In this document: piece by piece, positions 16,547 through 25,318 of the stretch
Position numbering within the stretch: position 1 is the first letter of the stretch
Layout: every line of letters begins with the position of its first letter
Virus record (IMG/VR): IMGVR_UViG_3300028883_000005
Span: 1-64,000 of that record
Length of the DNA: 64,000 bases
Direction: 5' to 3' (one strand)
Origin: a virus
Notes under the pieces: model-generated
Database searches by the model: none
Seen by the model: only the letters and a program-made list of their open reading frames with translations
What the model was told of the DNA's origin: nothing
Translations under genes and position numbers: made by a program

Positions 16547-17746
16547 ATGGTAACAGATATGGAATACAGAGAACTTCTGTGTGAGAGAATACTTTTGATG
16601 GTAAAAATAAGCCCTGTAGGATTTATAGGAGATAACGAAATTCTGTCTCTAATTTTAGGGGAACAGGTGGAGGAGGTGTCTTCTGTTCTTTTAGAAATGG
16701 TAGAAACAGGTCTTGTGTTCCGTTGGTTTGATAAAGACAGCAGTACTCGTGTGCTTTCCTTGTATTCTCCAGAAGAAGAAGAAAAGTTCACCTCCAAAGA
16801 AAAGAAAGAAAGAAGCAAAGAAAGAAAAGAAATATATACCTATTTATCTTCATATTATCTAAGAAATAAAAGTTTGCTTCGCAAACTTTTATTCTTACAT
16901 AATACTCAGAAAACAGGTATTAAAGGATTCTGCAAATCCTCGGAGCTCGCCCAAGAGGAGGAGTTTGCAGAAGAAGAAACAGTCCTCACACCTGCTCCTA
17001 AAAAGGAGAAAATGATTGTTCCAGGAACAATAACCTCTATAGTAAATTTTTGGAACAATCTAGGATTAAAAACCTGTTATATTAAAGATACAGAGGTATT
17101 TCGTAAAACTTGGAAAAAAATAAATGATGCAAAAAGAGGAACCCTGTTTTCAAATGATACTAGATTACAAAACAGGAGGTTCTCCTCAGAAGAAATAACA
17201 GAGTCCATCAAGAACTTCTCTTTAGCTACTTTAGATTCACATTACTTTCCTGTTCCTAACTCCCCTCTAAAAAATATCTATTTAAAAACAACATTGGAAT
17301 CCTTCCTGTATAACCCCTTCGCTAAGTCTGTGGAAGGTTTAAGCTATCTGTTAAAATTCCAAGAAAAGCCCAGATTATTAGAAACCTCAATACCTCTGTT
17401 AGAAGATAAGTATCCTAAGATAACTAAAATATATCAAAGTTTTTACTCTAATAAAGCACTAGGAGGAACTTTAAAAGAAGATAAGATTTCTCCTAAAGAG
17501 AAGAACAAGTTTATAGACGGTGCCAATAAAACCGTAGATTTCTTCAAAGAAAACAGAAACAGATTTCTAAATTACTCTGTAATGGGCGGTGTTAATACAG
17601 AGAAAATGGCTCGTTGGGTGTGTGAATCTATCGAGAATGACATTGAAGATGGGAGAGTTTCTTTATCTCCTGGTTTCTTTTGTTCTGATTATACTTTTTC
17701 GAGAAGATTACCTGCTTATTTAGTTAAACAAGGAATTTGGGAATGA
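16547..17746 (+). CDS. Putative replication initiator / replisome organizer
   Basis: Between primase and DnaB; N-terminal wHTH-like segment, then KEKKERSKERKEIY linker typical of phage initiators. Confidence 0.55.
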   Translation: MVTDMEYRELLCERILLMVKISPVGFIGDNEILSLILGEQVEEVSSVLLEMVETGLVFRWFDKDSSTRVLSLYSPEEEEKFTSKEKKERSKERKEIYTYLSSYYLRNKSLLRKLLFLHNTQKTGIKGFCKSSELAQEEEFAEEETVLTPAPKKEKMIVPGTITSIVNFWNNLGLKTCYIKDTEVFRKTWKKINDAKRGTLFSNDTRLQNRRFSSEEITESIKNFSLATLDSHYFPVPNSPLKNIYLKTTLESFLYNPFAKSVEGLSYLLKFQEKPRLLETSIPLLEDKYPKITKIYQSFYSNKALGGTLKEDKISPKEKNKFIDGANKTVDFFKENRNRFLNYSVMGGVNTEKMARWVCESIENDIEDGRVSLSPGFFCSDYTFSRRLPAYLVKQGIWE

Positions 17747-19290
17747 TATACACCAGAAACAAGATAAGCTCTGAAAGAGAAAAAGATTTAATGATCGGTC
17801 TTATAGCCGATACCAGGTTCTGTAGGGAGGTTATGCCCTCAGTAAAAAAGGACCTTCTTCAAGTAGATCAGTTTAAAGTCATATTGGATTGGATTCAAGA
17901 CTACTACAAAAAATATGATGAGGCTCCTAAAGAAAATATAGAGAAAATCTACATCGCTAAGAGACAAGAATTAGATCAAGCCTTAGGAGACAACATAGAA
18001 ATATTCCTAAGAACTTTATCTAAAAAGCTCGAAGGGATGGAGAGCTTCAACACAGATTATTATTCAGATGAAAGCATTAAGTATCTCAAGGAAAGGAACC
18101 TTCAGGTTTTACTTTCCAGAGCTCAAGGTCTTATAGATATAGGTAATGTAGACGAGGCAGAGCAGGTTTTTTCTACTTATAGGAAGGTTGCTAGAACAAC
18201 GAGCAAATGGATAAACCCACTATCTAAAGAGTTTGTAGAATCTGTTCTGTTTAAAGAAGAGGAATATCTATTTCAGTTCCCTGGAGCAGTGGGTGCTTTA
18301 CTAGGTAAGCTCAAGAGAAAACAGCTCGTAGCTGTTTTAGCACCAATGAAAAGAGGAAAGACCTGGTGGATGCTCGAAGCTTTATGGTTGCTCGCCTCTA
18401 ATCACCTCAAAGCTGTTCTAATTTCCCTAGAAATGGATGAAGAGGAAATAGGAAGCAGAAGTTTTAAAAGAATAACCGGAATGGATTATGAGAAGGAAGA
18501 AATTACAATACCCGTTTTCGACTGTTTGAGAAACCAAAAAAACAGATGTAATCTGCCAATAAGAGAATCCAATTCTGATGGCCTTCCTTTAGATGAACTA
18601 GATATGCCTCCAGCATATAGCGAAAAGTACAATCACACCCCCTGCTCTGCATGTAGAGATAAAAAAGATGGAAATTTCATACCTGGTATTTGGTATGTCA
18701 AAAGGACTTCTCCTAAAATAGATTATTCTAATCTGACTTCTACTTTGAAATCGTTTGAAGAAAGTTTTGGAGATAATATACGGATAATTAGTTATCCTAT
18801 GAATACTGCTAATATAAGCGATGTAAAAAGAGATTTGGATCTTCTAGAGTATACAGAAGGGTTCGTTCCTGATGGCATTGTTTTGGACTATGCAGATATT
18901 TTAGGACCTGAAGATTCTAGATTGGTAGGAAGAGATAGCATCAACCAAACTTGGAAGATGCTGAAAAACCTAGCTCAAGAGAGAAACTCTTTAGTAATCA
19001 CGGCAACACAAAGCAATAGAGGTAGCATGGATAGAAGGAGGGTTAAGCCTACGGATACTAGTGAGGACATTCGAAAGCTAGCCCATGTGAACTTAATGGT
19101 ATCTCTTAATCAAACTCCTAGGGAAAAGAGAAGAGGATTAATGAGACTAGGAGTATCCGTAGCTCGTGGTGTGGAATTTGACGAGCTACAAGAGGTGCTT
19201 GTAGTTCAGGAACTTTCAATTGGTCAGCCCTTTTTAGATTCTGAAGTGCCTGGCTTTTTAGAAGATGAAGGAGAAAATCATGAAGATTAG
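17743..19290 (+). CDS. dnaB: DnaB-like replicative helicase
   Basis: APMKRGKT, ISLEM, IVLDYAD, ITATQSNR, SEDIRK. Confidence 0.9.
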   Translation: MIYTRNKISSEREKDLMIGLIADTRFCREVMPSVKKDLLQVDQFKVILDWIQDYYKKYDEAPKENIEKIYIAKRQELDQALGDNIEIFLRTLSKKLEGMESFNTDYYSDESIKYLKERNLQVLLSRAQGLIDIGNVDEAEQVFSTYRKVARTTSKWINPLSKEFVESVLFKEEEYLFQFPGAVGALLGKLKRKQLVAVLAPMKRGKTWWMLEALWLLASNHLKAVLISLEMDEEEIGSRSFKRITGMDYEKEEITIPVFDCLRNQKNRCNLPIRESNSDGLPLDELDMPPAYSEKYNHTPCSACRDKKDGNFIPGIWYVKRTSPKIDYSNLTSTLKSFEESFGDNIRIISYPMNTANISDVKRDLDLLEYTEGFVPDGIVLDYADILGPEDSRLVGRDSINQTWKMLKNLAQERNSLVITATQSNRGSMDRRRVKPTDTSEDIRKLAHVNLMVSLNQTPREKRRGLMRLGVSVARGVEFDELQEVLVVQELSIGQPFLDSEVPGFLEDEGENHED

Positions 19291-19648
19291 TGTATGCAAA
19301 ATATTTGAGTTTCACGCCGCACATCACCTCCCTCATTACTCTGGCAAATGTAGAGAGGTTCATGGTCATTCCTACACACTTGAGATTGAGATAAGTGGAG
19401 AGGTGGGCGCTTGGACTGGAATGATATGCGACTTCTCTGAGCTTAAAAAGAAAGTTGAGGGTGCTATTATTTTCCATTTAGATCACAAAGATCTGAATAT
19501 ACTGATGGAAAACCCCACCGCCGAAAAAACTGTGGAGCTTATTGTGAGTAGGAAAAATCAGTATGTTCCAGACGGTGCAGAGCTAGAAAGGGTTCGTCTT
19601 TACGAGACCCGCACAAGTTTTGCAGAGTGGAGGAGGGAACAACAATGA
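19280..19648 (+). CDS. queD: 6-carboxy-5,6,7,8-tetrahydropterin synthase
   Basis: FEFHAAHHL...CREVHGHSY...DFSELK...LDH...PTAE...LYET. Confidence 0.92.
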   Translation: MKISVCKIFEFHAAHHLPHYSGKCREVHGHSYTLEIEISGEVGAWTGMICDFSELKKKVEGAIIFHLDHKDLNILMENPTAEKTVELIVSRKNQYVPDGAELERVRLYETRTSFAEWRREQQ

Positions 19649-20328
19649 ACAGAGGTAAAACAGACTTTTGCTCAGCTCCTTTATGGGAGGTTTTCACTTC
19701 TATAGACGGTGAAGTGAACAATATAGGTCAAGGGGTTTTGAGTAAATTCATAAGAGTAGCAGGATGCAATCTCCACTGCTCTTGGTGTGACACTAAAATA
19801 ACGCAAACGGTTCCTAAAGAAGCTTCTTGGGAAAACTCTGCAAGTATGATGAGATCTGGTATTATAGGCAGAGACCACGTTCAGAAATACACCATCACAG
19901 GGGGCGAGCCGCTTCTTTACCCAGAGTGGGTTAGAGAAGTGGTGAACACTCTAGTAGCTCTGGGTAAGAGCGTGTCTGTAGAAACAAACGGTTCTAGAGT
20001 TCTAGTACCAGGATTAGACTGCTGCTGGGTGATAGACGATAAGCCGCCTTCTTCAGGTCATCTGGGTAGTTTTGTATACAGCAATTTGTGTACGATGAGA
20101 GAAGGAAGAGACTGGATTAAAATTGTAATAGCAACACAAGAAGATTTAGAATGGGCTATCGAGGAGACTAAATATATAAGTAGCAGGATTGGTAAGGCAA
20201 ACATCGCTTGGAGCTTATCTGAAACTTGTGAGGTTGAAGCTAAACATATCATTAGCGTTTTACTGGAAGAAAGCCTGCATTATGTTAGAATTAATGCCCA
20301 GCTTCATAAGTACTTAGGATTATTGTAA
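19645..20328 (+). CDS. queE: 7-carboxy-7-deazaguanine synthase (radical SAM)
   Basis: EVFTSIDGE, FIRVAGCNLHCSWCDT, TGGEP, ETNG, QLHKY. Confidence 0.92.
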   Translation: MNRGKTDFCSAPLWEVFTSIDGEVNNIGQGVLSKFIRVAGCNLHCSWCDTKITQTVPKEASWENSASMMRSGIIGRDHVQKYTITGGEPLLYPEWVREVVNTLVALGKSVSVETNGSRVLVPGLDCCWVIDDKPPSSGHLGSFVYSNLCTMREGRDWIKIVIATQEDLEWAIEETKYISSRIGKANIAWSLSETCEVEAKHIISVLLEESLHYVRINAQLHKYLGLL

Positions 20329-20343
20329 ATAAAAATCTAAAGA

Positions 20344-20378
20344 TTTATCTTGCAAACCGCCTAATTGCTTGTTACATT
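20344..20378 (+). promoter_or_regulatory. TTTATC-type sigma70 promoter
   Basis: TTTATC-TTGCAA-N17-TACATT with TGn. Confidence 0.7.
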
Positions 20379-20483
20379 GTAAGTAACTTTTAGGAGGGCA
20401 ATCTCTTCAGAGAAGAGTCGAGGCAGCAGAAATACAATCCTCATCGCCCTATCCTTACTAACTTCATTACAAGGAGGAATATT

Positions 20484-21098
20484 ATGTTGAGCCCAGAATT
20501 CTGCAATGCAACATCCGTTCGGAAAGAGATTGGCGCGCTGAACAAGTGCGGCGTGCTGGCCGAAAAAGTGAAAGCTGTCGGAGTGGCCAAGAAGGAGTTG
20601 GTGGAGTCTTTCCTGAAGGCCGTGGAATCGGTTCCCGAGGGCACCGAGGAAGCCAAGAAGATCCCTGCTTCCGTCATCAAGCTCTACAATGAAATCGTTG
20701 AAGGTGTTGATCCTTCGCCGGAAGAGCAGGAAAAGCTCAAGGCCGCCAAGACCAAGAAGAAGGACGCCAAGCCCCGCGGCCCCAGCAATGAAGCCAAAGC
20801 TCTGGAAATTTTCACCGAATCTTTCAAGGCCGGCCTGGACGACGCAGCAATCAAGGCCAAGATGACCGAGTACTTCAAACCGTACTATGAAGCTCGTGGA
20901 AAGGGGGATCAACCGGATTTCATCGAGAAGCGGGTGGGCATCTATACCAACATTGCCAAGAAGCAATACTTTGCCGCCCATCCCGACGAGGCTCCCAAAA
21001 AAGAGGAAAAGCCTCCGAAGAAGGAAACTGCCAAAAAGGATGCCGCCAAAGACGAGAAGGCCGCCACCGGCGAAGAGGAAGCGCCCACGGAGGGGTAG
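20484..21098 (+). CDS. Lys/Glu/Ala-rich protein, possibly nucleoid-associated and highly expressed
   Basis: AAGGAGG RBS; GC-rich third positions unlike neighbours; KKEEKPPKKETAKK tail. Confidence 0.7.
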   Translation: MLSPEFCNATSVRKEIGALNKCGVLAEKVKAVGVAKKELVESFLKAVESVPEGTEEAKKIPASVIKLYNEIVEGVDPSPEEQEKLKAAKTKKKDAKPRGPSNEAKALEIFTESFKAGLDDAAIKAKMTEYFKPYYEARGKGDQPDFIEKRVGIYTNIAKKQYFAAHPDEAPKKEEKPPKKETAKKDAAKDEKAATGEEEAPTEG

Positions 21099-21099
21099 A

Positions 21100-21690
21100 A
21101 TGGACCGGAGCCTAACTGAGCAATATCTTCAGAAGGCTTTAACTGAGGGGTTGGGGCTTGATATTAAAGACCCCAACCTCTCAGGAACTCCTGGGCGCAT
21201 CGCTAAGATGTGGACCCAGGAGTTTTTCTCCTCTTTAGAGCATCCTGAAGGTTTCGACAATCTCACTTCCTTTCCTAATGATAGGGAGTATGATCAAATA
21301 ATCCTATTAGATAAGATCCATTTCGTTTCCATGTGTTCCCATCACTTTCTGCCCTTCGCTGGTATAGCTTGGTTAGGTTATATACCTAAAGGGCAACTCG
21401 CTGGAGCTTCAAAGCCTTCACGCCTGATTAACTTTTACTCCAAGAAACCGCAGCTTCAAGAACACCTCTCTCATGAGATTATCGATTGTTTCAATGAAAA
21501 GATAGAACCTCAAGGATGCATTGTTGTAATGCGTGGTATCCATGGCTGCATGAGTAATCGAGGGGCCCTCCAGTATAATGGAAGTGGTATGACAACCTCC
21601 GCAGTTAGCGGTGTTTTCAGAGATGACAGCAAGGCTAGGTCTGAGGTTATGGACCTAATAAAAATATCCTTAATGATCCACGAATTGTAA
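21100..21690 (+). CDS. folE: GTP cyclohydrolase I
   Basis: TPGRIAKMW, SMCSHHFLPF, GASK, QLQE, HGCMSNRG, TTSAVSGVF; true start ATG 21100. Confidence 0.93.
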   Translation: MDRSLTEQYLQKALTEGLGLDIKDPNLSGTPGRIAKMWTQEFFSSLEHPEGFDNLTSFPNDREYDQIILLDKIHFVSMCSHHFLPFAGIAWLGYIPKGQLAGASKPSRLINFYSKKPQLQEHLSHEIIDCFNEKIEPQGCIVVMRGIHGCMSNRGALQYNGSGMTTSAVSGVFRDDSKARSEVMDLIKISLMIHEL

Positions 21691-21713
21691 TCCTTCCATC
21701 AGGGGGTCGAAGC

Positions 21714-22064
21714 ATGGATAATAAAATCTACGCTCGAATCATCATTAATTTTCAATTTGAAGCTTTACACTCTTGGCCGGGGTGTTCTCTTTTGGACGTA
21801 AGTTTCCTTAAGAACGCCCATCGCCATGTTTTTCATGTAGAGATGAAAAAATTGGTGATGCATGACGATCGAGATATAGAATTTATACACTTCAAAAGAG
21901 AGGTTTTGAGGTGGGTGAGAGAGAACTGGGAAGAAAAAGATCTAGAATCTAAATCCTGCGAAATGATCGCTACCCATCTTCTTCTCTTATTTGAATGTGA
22001 CTATGTAAAAGTAATGGAGGACGGAGAAAATGGAGCAGAAGTCTTCAAGGATCATAATAATTGA
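21714..22064 (+). CDS. QueD-like T-fold protein (candidate DpdL-type)
   Basis: FEALHSWP...FLKNAHRHVFHV...DRDIEF...SCEMIA...V.EDGENGA; H..HxH metal motif, but the QueD CxxxHGH motif is absent. Confidence 0.75.
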   Translation: MDNKIYARIIINFQFEALHSWPGCSLLDVSFLKNAHRHVFHVEMKKLVMHDDRDIEFIHFKREVLRWVRENWEEKDLESKSCEMIATHLLLLFECDYVKVMEDGENGAEVFKDHNN

Positions 22065-23400
22065 TCCCACTTCAACAGAGTTTAATCGAGGATCATTTTG
22101 TTATTTGCCTTACATCGTTTTTAGTTATTACAAGGATTATTGTGATGCAGAGCTTTGGGAGGACTTCACCGCCGCACAAATTGACAACATCCCTCCTGAA
22201 GATGAAGTCTTGGTTGCTCTTTGGAGTTACCCTCAAGTAGACCTCTGCAAGACAATATATCGCTTCTCTGCCTCTAGGAAAATAAAGTTCTTCGGGTATA
22301 CACCTCTGGTTAAGTGGGCGGGGCTGCCCTTAAAAGTTTTTACTCCCGCTCGTATTAAACAAGGAATCGTAAGTTATGCTAATTATGTATCCCTGGGGGC
22401 TTTCTATCATATCCTTTTGTCAGATTGTGATATGCATCTTAATAAATATGATGGCATTGTGTACCCTTTGTTCTCTTCCTACGGGTGCCCTAGGAAATGC
22501 ACCTTCTGCCCCTCTTGTGTAGCGAGCGAGCATAGAAGACTTTGCATTCATCTAGATGATGTAGAAATTATGCTCAGTACGATGTACAACAGAGGTATTA
22601 GGAATATCCATTTCACCGACGAAGACTTTTTTATGATTCACAAAAGAACTCATGAAGTCTTGAAAATTGCCAAAAGAATAGGTGATTTCAATTTTATAGC
22701 CCTGGCACATCTAGACACATTAAAAAAGTTTGTGGAGGAGTATGGACCAGAGTGTCTGAAAGAATTTGGAGTTAGATTAGTAGAGTTAGGGTTTGAAACA
22801 GCCGATCCTGCTCTAGCTAAGTCCATGAAAAAAGGAAAGTCTCTCCAAGAGTACATCGATGTATACACCGCTGTAAAAGACTACACGGACATTTTCTGGT
22901 TGTGTCTAACTTTCTTTCCTGGGGAGACAATTACAACATTGAATGAAACAGGCAAGTTTCTTAGAGAATACGGAAGTAAGCCTGAAGATTTATACGATAG
23001 AATCAAAACAAACAGTACTGAAGGAGGACTAGGGCAGTTTTTTCAGCCTTACCCTGGGACTCCTGGATTTGAAGACCTTCCTAGTTTAGGTCATCAAATC
23101 GAAGATAGACCTGTTCGCCTCATGCCTAGTTTCCTTCCTGATTCTTTTCTAAACGATGAAATAGAATGGGCATATAAAGACGGATTTCGCAGCACAATAC
23201 CTGATAAAGTGTGGGAATGGACGGAGGTTTATAATCTACCTACAGGAAAAATAATTAAATTTTTAGCATGGGTGCCCCAAAATGTTCGCCAAGCTATTTT
23301 AGATGCGAAGAACAATTGTCATCTTTCCGCAGGCGAGGCAGCAACTTTCATCGCAATCCTAGCGAGACTAGGAATTATCAAAAGTGGGAGGAGATCATGA
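22030..23400 (+). CDS. Radical SAM enzyme, B12-binding (class B)-like
   Basis: SYGCPRKCTFC, IHFTDEDF, ELGFET, FFPGET, PYPGT; ~140-aa N-terminal domain. Confidence 0.8.
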   Translation: MEQKSSRIIIIDPTSTEFNRGSFCYLPYIVFSYYKDYCDAELWEDFTAAQIDNIPPEDEVLVALWSYPQVDLCKTIYRFSASRKIKFFGYTPLVKWAGLPLKVFTPARIKQGIVSYANYVSLGAFYHILLSDCDMHLNKYDGIVYPLFSSYGCPRKCTFCPSCVASEHRRLCIHLDDVEIMLSTMYNRGIRNIHFTDEDFFMIHKRTHEVLKIAKRIGDFNFIALAHLDTLKKFVEEYGPECLKEFGVRLVELGFETADPALAKSMKKGKSLQEYIDVYTAVKDYTDIFWLCLTFFPGETITTLNETGKFLREYGSKPEDLYDRIKTNSTEGGLGQFFQPYPGTPGFEDLPSLGHQIEDRPVRLMPSFLPDSFLNDEIEWAYKDGFRSTIPDKVWEWTEVYNLPTGKIIKFLAWVPQNVRQAILDAKNNCHLSAGEAATFIAILARLGIIKSGRRS

Positions 23401-24425
23401 AAATTATACTTGTTCCTATAGAGCCTTTTGAAGAGAGATATTCTATCCAGTGGTCTCGTTGGTTCAAAGAGAGCATTTCAAATCTAGATATACCATACAT
23501 AGAAATCTGCCCTGAGCCTCTTAAATCGTATAGAGAGACAGGTGCCTTTTTGGATGTTGTAGGAACCAACTACTTCAAGGCTACCCAACTTCAGATGATT
23601 TGTGATCTGATAGATCGTGGTGAGATTGAGAGTGGAGATGTTTTCTTGTTTCACGATCTTTGGTTCCCTGGTATCGAAATGCTCGCTTATATTAGAGACG
23701 GCATGGGTATGGATTTCAAAATCACAGGCTGTCTTCATGCAGGAACCTGGGATCCTTGGGATTTTCTAAGCCGAAGAAACATGGGGAGGTGGGGCACTTT
23801 ACTTGAAGAGTCGTGGTTTAAGTTTATAGATGCTGTTTTTGTAGCCACAGAATTTCACAAAGAGATGATTCAGTCATACTTTGATAGCCCGATACCAAGA
23901 ATCTACACTACTGGGTTTCCTATTAAAAATGAAGAAGAGCTACCAAATACTGGTAAAAATCAAGTAGTGTTCCCTCACCGTCTAGATAAAGAAAAAAATC
24001 CTGATAGATTTGACAAATTAGAAAAAGCTTTCACTTCAGAATACCCTCTACCTAAGGTGACCTTCCTTAAAACCAAAGAAGCATGTACTACAAAGAAAGA
24101 ATATTATGAGGTGCTGGCTAACTCTGTAGTTTCTGTTTCTTTTGCGAGTCAAGAAACTTGGGGAATCGCAATGATAGAGAGTGTGCTATCTGGTTGTATA
24201 CCATTTGTTCCTAATGAGCTAAGTTATGGAGAATTGTACCCTAAAGAGTTCAGATACGACTATGATTTTTCAGATGATCACTCTTATTTCCTTCTAGCAA
24301 AGAGGATCCATGAGGCTCTTAGGAACACCGAGTACCAAAACATGGTTGAGGATCTGGGTAAAAAATTTATCCTCAAAGGGTCTTTAGCTATACCTAGAAT
24401 GATAGAAATTATTATGGATTTGTAA
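23397..24425 (+). CDS. GT-B (GT4-like) glycosyltransferase, candidate DNA base glycosyltransferase
   Basis: FHDLWFPG, HAGTWDPWD, FPHRLDKEK, QETWGIAMIE (EX7E); start coupled to the radical SAM stop (ATGA). Confidence 0.85.
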   Translation: MKIILVPIEPFEERYSIQWSRWFKESISNLDIPYIEICPEPLKSYRETGAFLDVVGTNYFKATQLQMICDLIDRGEIESGDVFLFHDLWFPGIEMLAYIRDGMGMDFKITGCLHAGTWDPWDFLSRRNMGRWGTLLEESWFKFIDAVFVATEFHKEMIQSYFDSPIPRIYTTGFPIKNEEELPNTGKNQVVFPHRLDKEKNPDRFDKLEKAFTSEYPLPKVTFLKTKEACTTKKEYYEVLANSVVSVSFASQETWGIAMIESVLSGCIPFVPNELSYGELYPKEFRYDYDFSDDHSYFLLAKRIHEALRNTEYQNMVEDLGKKFILKGSLAIPRMIEIIMDL

Positions 24426-24470
24426 AATTTAGCCGCATGTGCCATTACCCCGGCATGAAAGGAGTGGGTT

Positions 24471-24731
24471 GTGCAATTCATAGAAGACACACAAGGATTA
24501 GACCAGGTCATAGAATACTGGCACGGATGGTATTGGTGTAGGTTTGCATTGGGCCAAGCGCTGCTATCAAAAGTTGACCAAATTTGCAAGGAATACCCGG
24601 AAGCTGAAACGATTGGCGATTTGCCAGGTGCCATCGGTCTTGAATGCTGTGAAATGCTTGATATAGCGTTTCGGCAACAAGAGATTCTTACGCATGAAAA
24701 TATTCCAAACCCCGGCACGACCATCAGTTAA
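24471..24731 (+). CDS. Hypothetical protein
   Basis: AAGGAG RBS, GTG start. Confidence 0.5.
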   Translation: MQFIEDTQGLDQVIEYWHGWYWCRFALGQALLSKVDQICKEYPEAETIGDLPGAIGLECCEMLDIAFRQQEILTHENIPNPGTTIS

Positions 24732-24760
24732 CCCTACTATGCATTAATAAAGGAGAAACC

Positions 24761-24967
24761 ATGGATACCGGAAAAGGATATTTTGAACAATTTGAATCAA
24801 TGGAAGCACTGCATGAGGCGAAAACCAGGTTGGAACAGTTAGGAGGCACAGTGCGCGGTGTTTTTACAGTTGGAGAGGAAATTGAGATAAAGGGTTCACA
24901 CTTCAAGGTGCAGCAGATATGGCCGCGCAAGCTGGTTTTAAAACTGCTTGCGGCAGATCCGCTATAA
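24761..24967 (+). CDS. Hypothetical protein
   Basis: AAGGAG RBS; FTVGEEIEIKGSHFKV. Confidence 0.6.
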   Translation: MDTGKGYFEQFESMEALHEAKTRLEQLGGTVRGVFTVGEEIEIKGSHFKVQQIWPRKLVLKLLAADPL

Positions 24968-25092
24968 CCGACTCCCCAGCCATCGGACCTAAACCGAAAC
25001 AGGGTCACGTTATTGTTTTCGCTAACTATTGGTTTCCTGTTCCTGCGACCTGTTTTTCCGGTGAGGTAAAATTTACTTGATAGGGGAATATA

Positions 25093-25308
25093 ATGAGAAA
25101 AATTAAAAAATGGAAATTAGCATCTGTTTTATATTTACCGTGGATGTGGCTTTTATTTTTTATCTATCATAGTATATGTGAACCATATAGAATTTTATAC
25201 TCATGGGAAAGACCTTGGTGGACAGGAACACCATTAATTTTAACTATAGGAATTTTATTGTTTGTTCCTGTAGCGTCAATATTTTCACTCTATGTTAACG
25301 ATGATTAA
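25093..25308 (+). CDS. Small two-TM membrane protein
   Basis: Two hydrophobic segments; very AT-rich. Confidence 0.55.
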   Translation: MRKIKKWKLASVLYLPWMWLLFFIYHSICEPYRILYSWERPWWTGTPLILTIGILLFVPVASIFSLYVNDD

Positions 25309-25318
25309 CCGCTTGGAA

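Noticed and set aside
16344-16553. 69-aa protein-coding gene
   Set aside because: It spans a promoter and the structured RNA and has no recognisable features; not called as a gene, though its 3' mini-ORF may serve translational coupling.
20385-20483. preQ1 or c-di-GMP riboswitch
   Set aside because: Lacks the preQ1 loop and A-rich tail consensus and the GNRA/receptor pattern; kept only as an unclassified structured leader.
20887-21099. 71-aa N-terminal extension of FolE in the ORF track
   Set aside because: It overlaps the 20484 gene in another frame; ATG 21100 has a GGAGG RBS and gives a normal FolE length.
24966-25070. Integron attC site
   Set aside because: An imperfect inverted repeat is present, but there is no clear RYYYAAC/GTTRRRY pair and no integron integrase.
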